DNA of 45,080 nucleotides, from IMG/VR virus record IMGVR_UViG_3300026966_000012; one strand, given 5' to 3'. Under the pieces are notes generated by a model. That model was not told the DNA's origin. It made no database searches and was given only the letters and a program-made list of their open reading frames with translations. Made by a program: the position numbers and the translations under genes. This DNA is from a virus. Taxonomy: Duplodnaviria > Heunggongvirae > Uroviricota > Caudoviricetes. Of the stretch, positions 26,928-35,373 are shown piece by piece; the stretch's first letter is position 1, and every line of letters starts with the position of its first letter.

Positions 26928-27818
26928 ATGTCAGAACTGAATGATTCCGATGAGACGACCATCGTGCCTGCAAACGACGGCACGTCACTGGTCGTGGAGG
27001 AAGGGCGGAGCGTGGACATCATCGACGAGACACCCGTGAACATGCTGATTCGCGTCTACGAGGACGATGGGTCGGCACGAACGACCAATGTGTCGAAGAA
27101 CGCCCGGAACGAGCTCCTGTACAAGCACGGCTTGTACGACCTGGTCTACGGCCAGGGTGAGCAGATACTCGTGCTGAGTGACGAGCCATACGCGGCGGTT
27201 GCTTCGCACGAGCAACAGGCGACGTTCACGGTGTGGGTTAACGACGAGCCACCGATAGAGACGCCCCCAAGCATGGAGGAGGACGTGCTCGAGGCGGTCC
27301 GTGAGATGAAAGAGAGTGAGGACACGATCGTCCCGCTCACGGCCATTCACGCGACCATCCTCAATACGCAGGTCCGCCGACACGTGATTAATTGCCTCCT
27401 CGATGTCGCCCCGTTTTCGGCGTTCGCCGAGCGCGGGTCGATTGAGGAGACCGACCGCGGCTGGCTGCTCCACAATCAGCTTCTGCTGACGTGGGAAGGC
27501 GAGTTCCGTAATCGGTCCAACGAGGAGCGGCGATACGAAGTGTCGGGCTCTGGGGTGCGTGAAGTGGAGAGTGTCAACGAAGCGTTCGAGCTATCGCGAC
27601 GGTCGGGTCAACAGGACGTGACCAGTTACGACAGCGACGAGCCATCCACAGACCCGAACGATCGCGTGAGCATCGAGTTCGACAACGCGACGCACACCTT
27701 CGGAAAGAAGGAAGTCGAGTTCGTCTCCCGCGTGGTCTGGGCGCTCAAGAACGTCCGCCCCCGCGGTCCCGCTGGCAACGCGGCCCTCCCGTCCCCTGAT
27801 CAGGAGACACACGAATGA
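26928..27818 (+). CDS. Hypothetical protein
   Basis: Acidic ORF; start moved downstream of the promoter at 26868. Confidence 0.7.
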   Translation: MSELNDSDETTIVPANDGTSLVVEEGRSVDIIDETPVNMLIRVYEDDGSARTTNVSKNARNELLYKHGLYDLVYGQGEQILVLSDEPYAAVASHEQQATFTVWVNDEPPIETPPSMEEDVLEAVREMKESEDTIVPLTAIHATILNTQVRRHVINCLLDVAPFSAFAERGSIEETDRGWLLHNQLLLTWEGEFRNRSNEERRYEVSGSGVREVESVNEAFELSRRSGQQDVTSYDSDEPSTDPNDRVSIEFDNATHTFGKKEVEFVSRVVWALKNVRPRGPAGNAALPSPDQETHE

Positions 27819-28348
27819 GCTACGATTTCATCGACGACGGCGCACGCCGAGACGACCACCAATACGGGCACGAAGTGCAGGACCCGTCCTGGTGGGGACT
27901 CGGTCAGCACAGAGAGGAAGACAACACGGACTGGGACGAAGTGATCGCAGAGGTCGAAGACGCGGTCGCTGACGTCCCCGGCATGGACTCCCTGCTCGAG
28001 GAGGCTGAATCGATCGCCTCGTCCTACAGGGACTTCGGATTCGAGTGTCCCGTCTGTGGCCTCCGCCACGGACACTCGACGGACAAGCACGACGTTCGCG
28101 ATTTCTTCGCCGTGCGCGAAGACTTCGTGGACAAGATGAACTACACGCCGTACTGTCACTGCGGCGTGCACGAGCTCGCGCGCCTGCTCAACTACTGGCG
28201 CTCTATCGAGATCGCTGTGTTCGAAGACCAGGACGAAGCTGGCTTCGACATCGACTCGCGCAAGCGCAAGGTCAAGCAGGCGGCCGGGTCGGCCCCGATC
28301 CCCGACAGCGTGCGCAACGAGCTCGACGACACGCTGGGCACAGCGTAA
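27815..28348 (+). CDS. Zn-finger hypothetical protein
   Basis: CPVCG..HGH and YCHCG motifs; ATGA overlap. Confidence 0.7.
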   Translation: MSYDFIDDGARRDDHQYGHEVQDPSWWGLGQHREEDNTDWDEVIAEVEDAVADVPGMDSLLEEAESIASSYRDFGFECPVCGLRHGHSTDKHDVRDFFAVREDFVDKMNYTPYCHCGVHELARLLNYWRSIEIAVFEDQDEAGFDIDSRKRKVKQAAGSAPIPDSVRNELDDTLGTA

Positions 28349-28512
28349 CCCCGTCCCACGCGGTCCCTCACACGTTCCTTTTGTTGGATTACTCAATCCC
28401 CCCAGCCACAGCTCCGATAGCTCTCAGGCGATCCTACGGCCTCCTACGACCACTCACTCACATACCACCAGTAGCGCCTGTTTCCGCAATTGCGCACCGC
28501 CCGCGTCCCGTC

Positions 28513-28914
28513 TTACATCGGCGCTGACGCGGCCGGGACCTCGACGGCACCGGGCTCGATATAGCACACGTCACACGACTCGATCGGCCGCTTGGTTCCC
28601 GAGAAGACGAAGTGGTTGTAGACGAAGGGGTTGTACACGACGAATCGCGTCGGCTCACCGCCCAGAAACGCATCTTTCCGGTCAGTTTCGTCGTACCAGT
28701 TTCCACGAGCAAAGGCATGGACGTTCCGCCGCCCCTCCTTTCGGACCCGCTCGACACCTGATGGCTGGACGATAAACTCGACGTCTCTGATGACGATAGA
28801 ATCGACGTGGGCGATCACGCGCCCGTATCGCTCGTAGGGCTCGCGCGACCGAACGCTGAGACAGTCCTGGTGAAGGTTCTGGTAGATGTCGACCTTCATG
28901 TACTCTACCGTCAT
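28513..28914 (-). CDS. Conserved phage hypothetical protein
   Basis: YQNLH...SVR...GRVIAH...V.F.V...G..RV..EGRRNVHAF pattern recalled from phage proteins; only credible minus-strand gene. Confidence 0.7.
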   Translation of the reverse strand: MTVEYMKVDIYQNLHQDCLSVRSREPYERYGRVIAHVDSIVIRDVEFIVQPSGVERVRKEGRRNVHAFARGNWYDETDRKDAFLGGEPTRFVVYNPFVYNHFVFSGTKRPIESCDVCYIEPGAVEVPAASAPM

Positions 28915-28960
28915 GTATGGAGTCGGAAGCTATAAAATGAACGTATGCTTATAATACCAC
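28915..28960. promoter_or_regulatory. Divergent leaderless promoter pair
   Basis: GGAAGCTATAAAA (+) about 25-30 nt before ATG 28961; TTATAA box on the - strand before 28914. Confidence 0.55.
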
Positions 28961-30004
28961 ATGCCTGAGATAGAGGGCGAAGAACCGGAAGCAGACGACG
29001 CCGCAACGGACGATCTTGATATCGACGAGATCGAAGATATGTCACTTGAAGACCTACAGTCGGAGGTCGAAGGTGAGGCGGACGTCGGGTTCGACAGCGG
29101 TATCAGCATCTACGACCCGGTGATGCTCCCGCTCAACGAGCTCACAGCAAACAACTGGAATCCGAACGAGATGTCGTCGGACGAGTTCAATCGACTGTGT
29201 GAGAACATCGAAGACGACGGGTTCCTCGCGCCGATTCAGGCGGTCCCCGTAGACGAAGACGGTGAAAACCTCCAGTTCGAGGATGACGTCTCGGCGGAGG
29301 ATATCGTCGAGGAGATGGACCACGCACGTATCGTCGGTGGCGAACACCGGTGGAGTGCGTCGAAGGTTGTCGGGCTCACAGAACTTCCAGTCATCCTCGT
29401 CCCGAACAAGGACGAGGAGTGGGAGAAGCTCGCGACCGTCAGGATGAACGCGATCAGTGGGTCGATGGACCCGATTCAGTTCGCTGAGCTCGTCGAGGAG
29501 CAGCGGGAGAAGTACGATGACGACAGACTCAAGCACATGCTCGGGTTCGCTGGCGAGGACACGCTGTTCGACTCGGTGATGGAGGACATCAAAGAGAACG
29601 TTCCGGAGGATGTGAAAGATGAGCTCGAGGAGGCTGAAGACGAAATCGAGACGATCGAGGACCTCTCTGAAGTGCTGAACCGCATCTTCCGCGAACACGG
29701 CGACCAGCTCGACTATCACTTCATCACGTTCGCCTACGGTGGCCAGGAGAACGTCATGTACCGGACAGACGACGACCTGTGGGCCCGTGTTGTCGACGTG
29801 AACGAGCGGATGGAGGAGCTCGATGCCTCGGCGATGGAAGTGTGGCGCTACCTCCTGACCGAAGGTCCCGTCGACGACGCCCTGGAAGAAGCGGAGGGGA
29901 CGGCTGAAGTCTCGATGGACGATGTCGCTGACGACCCGGACGACCAGGTGGGTGACCTGGAGCCGGGTGACCTGGACCACTCCGTCGACGAAGCAGATGC
30001 CTGA
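28961..30004 (+). CDS. ParB/Sulfiredoxin N-terminal domain protein
   Basis: NNWNPNEM...L..NIEDDGF..PI and IVGGEHRW..A...GL..LPV motifs. Confidence 0.85.
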   Translation: MPEIEGEEPEADDAATDDLDIDEIEDMSLEDLQSEVEGEADVGFDSGISIYDPVMLPLNELTANNWNPNEMSSDEFNRLCENIEDDGFLAPIQAVPVDEDGENLQFEDDVSAEDIVEEMDHARIVGGEHRWSASKVVGLTELPVILVPNKDEEWEKLATVRMNAISGSMDPIQFAELVEEQREKYDDDRLKHMLGFAGEDTLFDSVMEDIKENVPEDVKDELEEAEDEIETIEDLSEVLNRIFREHGDQLDYHFITFAYGGQENVMYRTDDDLWARVVDVNERMEELDASAMEVWRYLLTEGPVDDALEEAEGTAEVSMDDVADDPDDQVGDLEPGDLDHSVDEADA

Positions 30005-30131
30005 GTGCTGGGTCTGTGGGGAGACGGCGACTCATCGTGAGACGGTCCCACCGTACGAGTACCTCTGTTCGGACCACGCGATCAGCATCGACGCGAAGCC
30101 ACTCGAAGACGTGCCACCAGACGCGAAGTGA
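29997..30131 (+). CDS. Zn-finger microprotein (44 aa)
   Basis: MPECWVCG...YLCSDH; overlaps the ParB stop. Confidence 0.55.
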   Translation: MPECWVCGETATHRETVPPYEYLCSDHAISIDAKPLEDVPPDAK

Positions 30132-30187
30132 CGCTGCTGGTGGTAGGTGCTGGGCGGGGTTAGTAATAGTTCTGACCTATAAGAAAA

Positions 30188-30199
30188 AGAAAACTTAAT
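30188..30199 (+). promoter_or_regulatory. BRE/TATA promoter
   Basis: AGAAAACTTAAT...CGCCTAC..AAGACTATCC. Confidence 0.6.
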
Positions 30200-30284
30200 T
30201 ACCCTAACCCGCCTACATAAGACTATCCAACCTGGCGTGGTTGGAGTGTCGCAATATGAAATGTAAGAAAAGAGGGTATGACCG

Positions 30285-30443
30285 ATGAGCCGTACGGCTG
30301 TCGAGTCTGGCTCGGAGGGGAACTTCGAGTGTGGGGCCCCGCGTGAGGACGGCAAGCCCTGCGAGTTCCCTGTCGCCGTCGAGGGCGTGCGGTGCGCCCA
30401 CCATCGAAACATCCCCGACTGGATTCTGGAGATCGACCTATGA
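30285..30443 (+). CDS. Zn-finger microprotein (52 aa, absent from ORF track)
   Basis: FECGAPREDGKPCEFPV....RCAHH; ATGA overlap with the next gene. Confidence 0.65.
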   Translation: MSRTAVESGSEGNFECGAPREDGKPCEFPVAVEGVRCAHHRNIPDWILEIDL

Positions 30444-30949
30444 ACCGCTACCGTAAGGGTGGCCCAATGGACGACGTCGCGAACAACATCCGTGCCGAGC
30501 AGATGGCGGACGCGGCGCCGTCAGCGGCCGAGGCTGAGGAGATGCACCGAGACTTTCTTCGAGAGGAAGGCTGTCTCGTGTGTGGAGAGAGTGACCCGGA
30601 CGAACTGACCGTTGTGATGGCCTCGACTGGCCACAACTGCAAGGCACACCAGTACCCGGGATACCCGGACCCGTCTGTGTTCTGTACGGAGCACGAGCGC
30701 CCGGGTAGCGTTCTCGGTCGGGCGAAGCTCGTCCAGCGTGCTCGGAACAACGGCGCAGTGGCGATGGCGGTATTCGACTGTGGGATGATCAGCTACGCGC
30801 AGATGCCTGAGGTCCCAGAGAGTCGAAAAGGACCCGGGTTCGAAACCTGGAGCGACGTCCCGCCGTCCCACCGACCGATACCAGAGGTGGATATTCGATG
30901 CCGGTGTGGGTCCGGTATCGACGAGATCGTCTACCTGGAGGGCGCATGA
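30440..30949 (+). CDS. Zn-finger hypothetical protein
   Basis: CLVCG, FCTEH, CRCG; ATGA overlaps at both ends. Confidence 0.65.
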   Translation: MNRYRKGGPMDDVANNIRAEQMADAAPSAAEAEEMHRDFLREEGCLVCGESDPDELTVVMASTGHNCKAHQYPGYPDPSVFCTEHERPGSVLGRAKLVQRARNNGAVAMAVFDCGMISYAQMPEVPESRKGPGFETWSDVPPSHRPIPEVDIRCRCGSGIDEIVYLEGA

Positions 30950-31308
30950 AGACCGTCGCAGACATCATCCGAGCCAACGGGTTCGAGTCGGTCGACGACA
31001 TGGAGGTTGGCGACCACATCTCGGTCGACGTTCCGGGTCTGATGGAGCTTGTGATCGAGAAAGTCCTCGACGACACGATCAGCGTCGCCCACTACTGGGA
31101 ACAGAACCGCGACCTGATGCGCGACCCGGAGATCGTCTTCCAGGTCGAGAACGGCGAGTGGACACCGATCGAGTACATCCAGGACCCGCGCGTCCATCGA
31201 CACGACCCCGACGGTCTCGACCTGGGAATATTCCCCGACGAGTGGGATAAGACACTCCGCGATCAGGGATTCGTCGACGCCGCCCAGGAGGAGGCCGCCG
31301 ATGGTTGA
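30946..31308 (+). CDS. Conserved hypothetical protein (DUF6908/DUF1249-like)
   Basis: ISVAHYWEQNRDLMRDPEIVF motif recalled from this family. Confidence 0.6.
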   Translation: MKTVADIIRANGFESVDDMEVGDHISVDVPGLMELVIEKVLDDTISVAHYWEQNRDLMRDPEIVFQVENGEWTPIEYIQDPRVHRHDPDGLDLGIFPDEWDKTLRDQGFVDAAQEEAADG

Positions 31309-31861
31309 TCTCGACCGTATCGACTACGGCGAGCTCGGGATGATCAAACTGTCTCGAGCCATGACCGACCCGATCATGGTCGACGAGCGCGGGACTGGAC
31401 ACGGGTACGGGCCCGACAGCGCAGTAGTCGGCGACATCCGACAGGCACGGATGATACAGAACATGGAGACCGACGTCGAGGTTCCGATCAAGCGCGCGAC
31501 ATGGCCCGAGACGTGCGCGGTCTTCAGTTCACTCTCACTGGCGATGCCGCTCACCGCTGACGCAACGGACATGTACATGTGGGCGTTCTACAAGTACCTC
31601 ACCGGCATTCGTGGGCTCGACGAAGACGGGCTCCCGGAGCCAGCGGCGTCAGCCGAACCGCTCGACAAGCACCTCCGCCAAAAGCTGGAGTCGCTTCGTA
31701 AGCAGATCAAGGTCGACCGCGATACATGGTTCATCGAGAACGAGTACGACCCAGAGTGGTCGGTCCCGAAGGCGTTCTGGACGGAGTGGCATTCTGGCGG
31801 CGCGTTCGACTACGATGACGTCGACTACGAACCGTCCCCCCTGGGAGCCTTCGATGATTGA
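31301..31861 (+). CDS. Hypothetical protein
   Basis: 186-aa acidic ORF with GGAGG SD upstream. Confidence 0.7.
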   Translation: MVDLDRIDYGELGMIKLSRAMTDPIMVDERGTGHGYGPDSAVVGDIRQARMIQNMETDVEVPIKRATWPETCAVFSSLSLAMPLTADATDMYMWAFYKYLTGIRGLDEDGLPEPAASAEPLDKHLRQKLESLRKQIKVDRDTWFIENEYDPEWSVPKAFWTEWHSGGAFDYDDVDYEPSPLGAFDD

Positions 31862-32285
31862 TTCGAGACGTAACCCCTACCCCGAGTGCGAACCATCCGA
31901 CCTAACGAAGGCTGAGTACGTTCTGCTCCTCAGACAGCAGAAAAACGAGCAGTTGTTCATGCCACTGAGTGAGGAGGAAGTCGAGGGCGGACTATGCACC
32001 CTGACCTATGCATGGTACTGTACGGACTGTACCTACCGAACCTGGCTCACGTTCCCGGATAGCCAGTTCCCGGCACTGTACCCCCATATCGACATCCAAA
32101 CAACACAGCTCCGGGGGACTGAACTGATCACGGCAACACTGGTTCGCCCAGTCTGTCCAGAATGCGAGAGTCTGGCGTTTGAGCCCGTCGAACACACCTA
32201 CTCGGACATCTCGCTGGAGTTCCGCGGCGCGACGGTCCGCTGCGCCAGTGAGCGAGATGCGGAGAAGATACACATCGATGAATAA
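31854..32285 (+). CDS. Zn-ribbon hypothetical protein
   Basis: CTDC and CPEC pairs; overlaps neighbours. Confidence 0.6.
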   Translation: MIDSRRNPYPECEPSDLTKAEYVLLLRQQKNEQLFMPLSEEEVEGGLCTLTYAWYCTDCTYRTWLTFPDSQFPALYPHIDIQTTQLRGTELITATLVRPVCPECESLAFEPVEHTYSDISLEFRGATVRCASERDAEKIHIDE

Positions 32286-32511
32286 CGACAATACCTGTCG
32301 CTTTCCGAGCTGCGACGAGCCGCGACGCGAACGTGGCGAGCTCGAGTACCCGGACAGCGACTCGACAGCAAGCAACGGTGAACCGTACCGCGTCTCACTG
32401 TTCGGAGCCAAGTTCTGCTCGATCTACCACGAGCTGAAGTTCGAGAAGCTTCGAGACGAGGCGCGCGAGATACGCTATGAAGAACAGGAGGCCGAGCGCG
32501 ATGAGTGGTAG
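32278..32511 (+). CDS. Small Cys-containing protein
   Basis: CRFPSC...FCSIYH. Confidence 0.6.
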   Translation: MNNDNTCRFPSCDEPRRERGELEYPDSDSTASNGEPYRVSLFGAKFCSIYHELKFEKLRDEAREIRYEEQEAERDEW

Positions 32512-32725
32512 ACTGGGGTGCCCACACTGTGAACACGAGTCGTTCACGATCCTCGAGATCGAAGGCTGGCAAGAGAAGGCGTCGTTCGGACAGACTGAGG
32601 ACGGGCAAAGCTATTGCCTCGAGGCTAATAGCGTCACTGTCACGGGGTACAACCAGGACCGACTCCGATGTAACGGCTGCGGTGAGGTCGTCGGCCAGGA
32701 CCAGCTGATTGAGGTGGGCCCGTGA
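32501..32725 (+). CDS. Small Zn-ribbon protein
   Basis: CPHC...CNGCG. Confidence 0.65.
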   Translation: MSGRLGCPHCEHESFTILEIEGWQEKASFGQTEDGQSYCLEANSVTVTGYNQDRLRCNGCGEVVGQDQLIEVGP

Positions 32726-32850
32726 GAGTGCTTCGTTGTAAGAGCTGCGGGTTCCTCGACGCGTCTGTTCCGACGACGCACTCGTCTGGAGATGAGTGTT
32801 CACAGTGTGGCTCGACGAACACGGACGCGGCGCTACTGAGAGAGCTATGA
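32722..32850 (+). CDS. Zn-finger microprotein (42 aa, absent from ORF track)
   Basis: MRVLRCKSCG...CSQCGSTN; GTGA and ATGA overlaps; GAGGTG SD upstream. Confidence 0.6.
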   Translation: MRVLRCKSCGFLDASVPTTHSSGDECSQCGSTNTDAALLREL

Positions 32851-33236
32851 AAGACACATCTGAACCGAAGACGATGCTCCAGTCCTACTGGGATCGGGGC
32901 GAACTGTACATGAAGAACCCGCTCGCGTACGAGGCAACGCGTGTCTTTCACTACTACTCTCGAAAGGTCCATGACGATTACTTTGACGAGCAGAAGCACA
33001 GAGCGGTCGTGAATCTCACGCTGAGCGCCTCGGATGGATTCCACGAAGACGGCGTCCTTGCACCACACGTTCAGGTCCCGTTTGCAAAGAACAAGGAGAT
33101 GGTCGCACTCGCGGTCGAGCTGTTGACCGAGAAGTTGGAGCCGTACGACGACACTGAAGTTGGCATCCCGTATCGAATCAGGATGTATCGCGACGAACTG
33201 TTACGACAGCATAAGAAGGTGAATAGCGGTGAGTGA
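32847..33236 (+). CDS. Hypothetical protein
   Basis: ATGA-coupled start at 32847. Confidence 0.6.
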   Translation: MKDTSEPKTMLQSYWDRGELYMKNPLAYEATRVFHYYSRKVHDDYFDEQKHRAVVNLTLSASDGFHEDGVLAPHVQVPFAKNKEMVALAVELLTEKLEPYDDTEVGIPYRIRMYRDELLRQHKKVNSGE

Positions 33237-33483
33237 CCACGATGCAGAGATACTGGTCAAGAAGCCCGACGACTCGCGAGTCCCCGATGATGGACTGGTC
33301 GTCTGGAGCTGGACGGATGGGCGACCGACGGTAACGCCCACGGAGCACGAAGAAATCACACGCATGATCACAACAGCAGAGGGGCGATTCGACCTGGGAG
33401 AGTTGACGTCCGGTGACGTTCTGGCTCGGGTCTGGATGAGCGATGATGAAACAGTGGCTGATGTCGACTGGAGGGAAGAATGA
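33229..33483 (+). CDS. Hypothetical protein
   Basis: 84-aa acidic ORF, coupled to neighbours. Confidence 0.6.
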   Translation: MSDHDAEILVKKPDDSRVPDDGLVVWSWTDGRPTVTPTEHEEITRMITTAEGRFDLGELTSGDVLARVWMSDDETVADVDWREE

Positions 33484-33929
33484 GCACCGACCGACGATCG
33501 TTCATGCAGGCGTTCGGTGCGCTGCTGGCTACTGGCCCACTACTCGGCCCGAGTGCGTACGAGAAGCACGAAGACGACATCAGAAAACATCGTGAGGACG
33601 TCCACCCTGGATGGGTTGGGCTCAGTGCCGGAGCGCCGCATGGATTCCACGCCCATCCGTTCGGGGAGACACCACCGTTCGAGTCCATCGTGGAGCCGGA
33701 AAAGACGGACATCTCGCTCGTACGAGACGCGATGACCCAGACCCACGCCATCGTCGCCGAGCCCGCCGTATTCAACACTGATGGGGTCGATGGTTCACCG
33801 GTGGTCCGGTCGTGGACGCTCGGAAACATGGATGGGGAGTTAATCGCTGCTGGGGCGATCGATCCCGAGATCGCGCTCGTGGGGAAAGCGGCCGTCCACA
33901 TCGAAGGTGTTGTCATCGAGATGGCCTGA
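33480..33929 (+). CDS. Hypothetical protein with Tat-like signal peptide
   Basis: MSTDRRSFMQAFGALLATG matches twin-arginine (S/T/D)RRxF(L/M) plus a hydrophobic segment. Confidence 0.55.
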   Translation: MSTDRRSFMQAFGALLATGPLLGPSAYEKHEDDIRKHREDVHPGWVGLSAGAPHGFHAHPFGETPPFESIVEPEKTDISLVRDAMTQTHAIVAEPAVFNTDGVDGSPVVRSWTLGNMDGELIAAGAIDPEIALVGKAAVHIEGVVIEMA

Positions 33930-33930
33930 G

Positions 33931-34224
33931 ATGGACACCGAGTTCATGTTCCTCTCGCTGGTGTACCGGTGCTTCGACTGTCCCCACGTCCAGGAGGTAG
34001 CTCTCCCCGACGCACACCTGGAGGAGATGTTCGACGACCACGAGACATGGTGTGTCGAGACTGAGGAATACGGGCCGTCGGCGGCGACGAAGATGAACTG
34101 TCCAGCGTGTGGCTCACGAGACTTCTACGCGATGGAAGGTAACCCAGGTGAGGAGGTGCTCGTCGACCAGCATGGCATCGTTAGCGCGCTCGACGAGTTT
34201 CCCGAGCGCCGAAGGGTGTCTTAA
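33931..34224 (+). CDS. CPxCG-type Zn-finger protein
   Basis: CFDC...CPACGS. Confidence 0.65.
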   Translation: MDTEFMFLSLVYRCFDCPHVQEVALPDAHLEEMFDDHETWCVETEEYGPSAATKMNCPACGSRDFYAMEGNPGEEVLVDQHGIVSALDEFPERRRVS

Positions 34225-34365
34225 CTAAGAGTCTGAGCCCCGAGCGTGACTATTAGTTAGGACATCAATCGAACCTGACACCGGAGTCGTGGATGTGGTC
34301 GAAACCGCTGTGCTACGCCACTGGAGGAGAATAGCTTATGGTTCTTGATTATTTATATATCCACA

Positions 34366-35373
34366 ATGGTAGATGTCTTGATCACAGGCGGTGTTGGGTT
34401 CATCGGGAGCCACCTCGCTGAGGCGTTCATCGAGGACGGACATCGCGTCACCGTGATCGACAACCTCGACCGCACCTACGACACGGCGATCAAGAAGCGA
34501 AACATTGCACTGCTCACGAACCTCACTACCACCAGCAGCGGTGAGTTCGAGTTCGTCGAGGGAAACATCCGTGACGAGGTATTGCTCGAGAAGCACGTGT
34601 CGCACGCAGACTACGTGTATCACGAAGCAGCGAAAGCCGGCGTCGGCCCGAGTGTCGACAGCCCACATGCCTACCTGGAGACGAACGTTGCCGGGACACT
34701 GGACGTGCTGCAAGCGGCGGCTGATGCTGACGTTGAACGCGTGATCAACGCGAGCTCGTCGTCGGTCTACGGTGATGTTCACCAGGTGCCCATCCCAGAA
34801 CACCACCCCACGAAGCCGGCCTCGCCATATGGACTGACGAAGCTGGCGACTGAGCACTACTGTCGGCTGTTCACTGAGCTCCACGGCCTCCCGACTGTGA
34901 GCCTTCGGTATTTCACTGTCTACGGGCCACGGATGCGCACCGGGATGGCCGTTCCCGATTTCACAGCCCGCGCCGTCGACGATGATGCGACGTTTACGTG
35001 CTTCGGTGATGGCGCGCAGGTACGCGATTTCACCTACGTCGACGACGTTGTCGAGGCGAATCGACAGCTCATGCACACGAGTGTCGCAGACGGTGAGGTG
35101 TTGAACATCGGTTCTGGTGGTACCGTGTCGGTGTCGGGGCTCATCGACCTCGTCCAGGATGCTGTCGGTGTCGAGAAAGAAGTAACCCACCTGTCGAGCA
35201 GAGCTGGGGATGCTGAGCTCACCCACGCCGATCTGCGAAAGACCAAGCGTCTCATCGGCTACAGTCCAGAGACGCCCATCGACGAGGGCATCGAGAAGTT
35301 CGTCTCGTGGTACCGCGACAACGAAGACTGGTATCACGATCTCGCGCTGGCGGAGGCTCTTTCACATGAGTAG
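34366..35373 (+). CDS. NAD-dependent nucleotide-sugar epimerase/dehydratase (extended SDR)
   Basis: TGGVGFIGSH, ASSSSVYG, YGLTK (YxxxK), LRYFTVYGPR, RDFTYVDD. Confidence 0.95.
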   Translation: MVDVLITGGVGFIGSHLAEAFIEDGHRVTVIDNLDRTYDTAIKKRNIALLTNLTTTSSGEFEFVEGNIRDEVLLEKHVSHADYVYHEAAKAGVGPSVDSPHAYLETNVAGTLDVLQAAADADVERVINASSSSVYGDVHQVPIPEHHPTKPASPYGLTKLATEHYCRLFTELHGLPTVSLRYFTVYGPRMRTGMAVPDFTARAVDDDATFTCFGDGAQVRDFTYVDDVVEANRQLMHTSVADGEVLNIGSGGTVSVSGLIDLVQDAVGVEKEVTHLSSRAGDAELTHADLRKTKRLIGYSPETPIDEGIEKFVSWYRDNEDWYHDLALAEALSHE

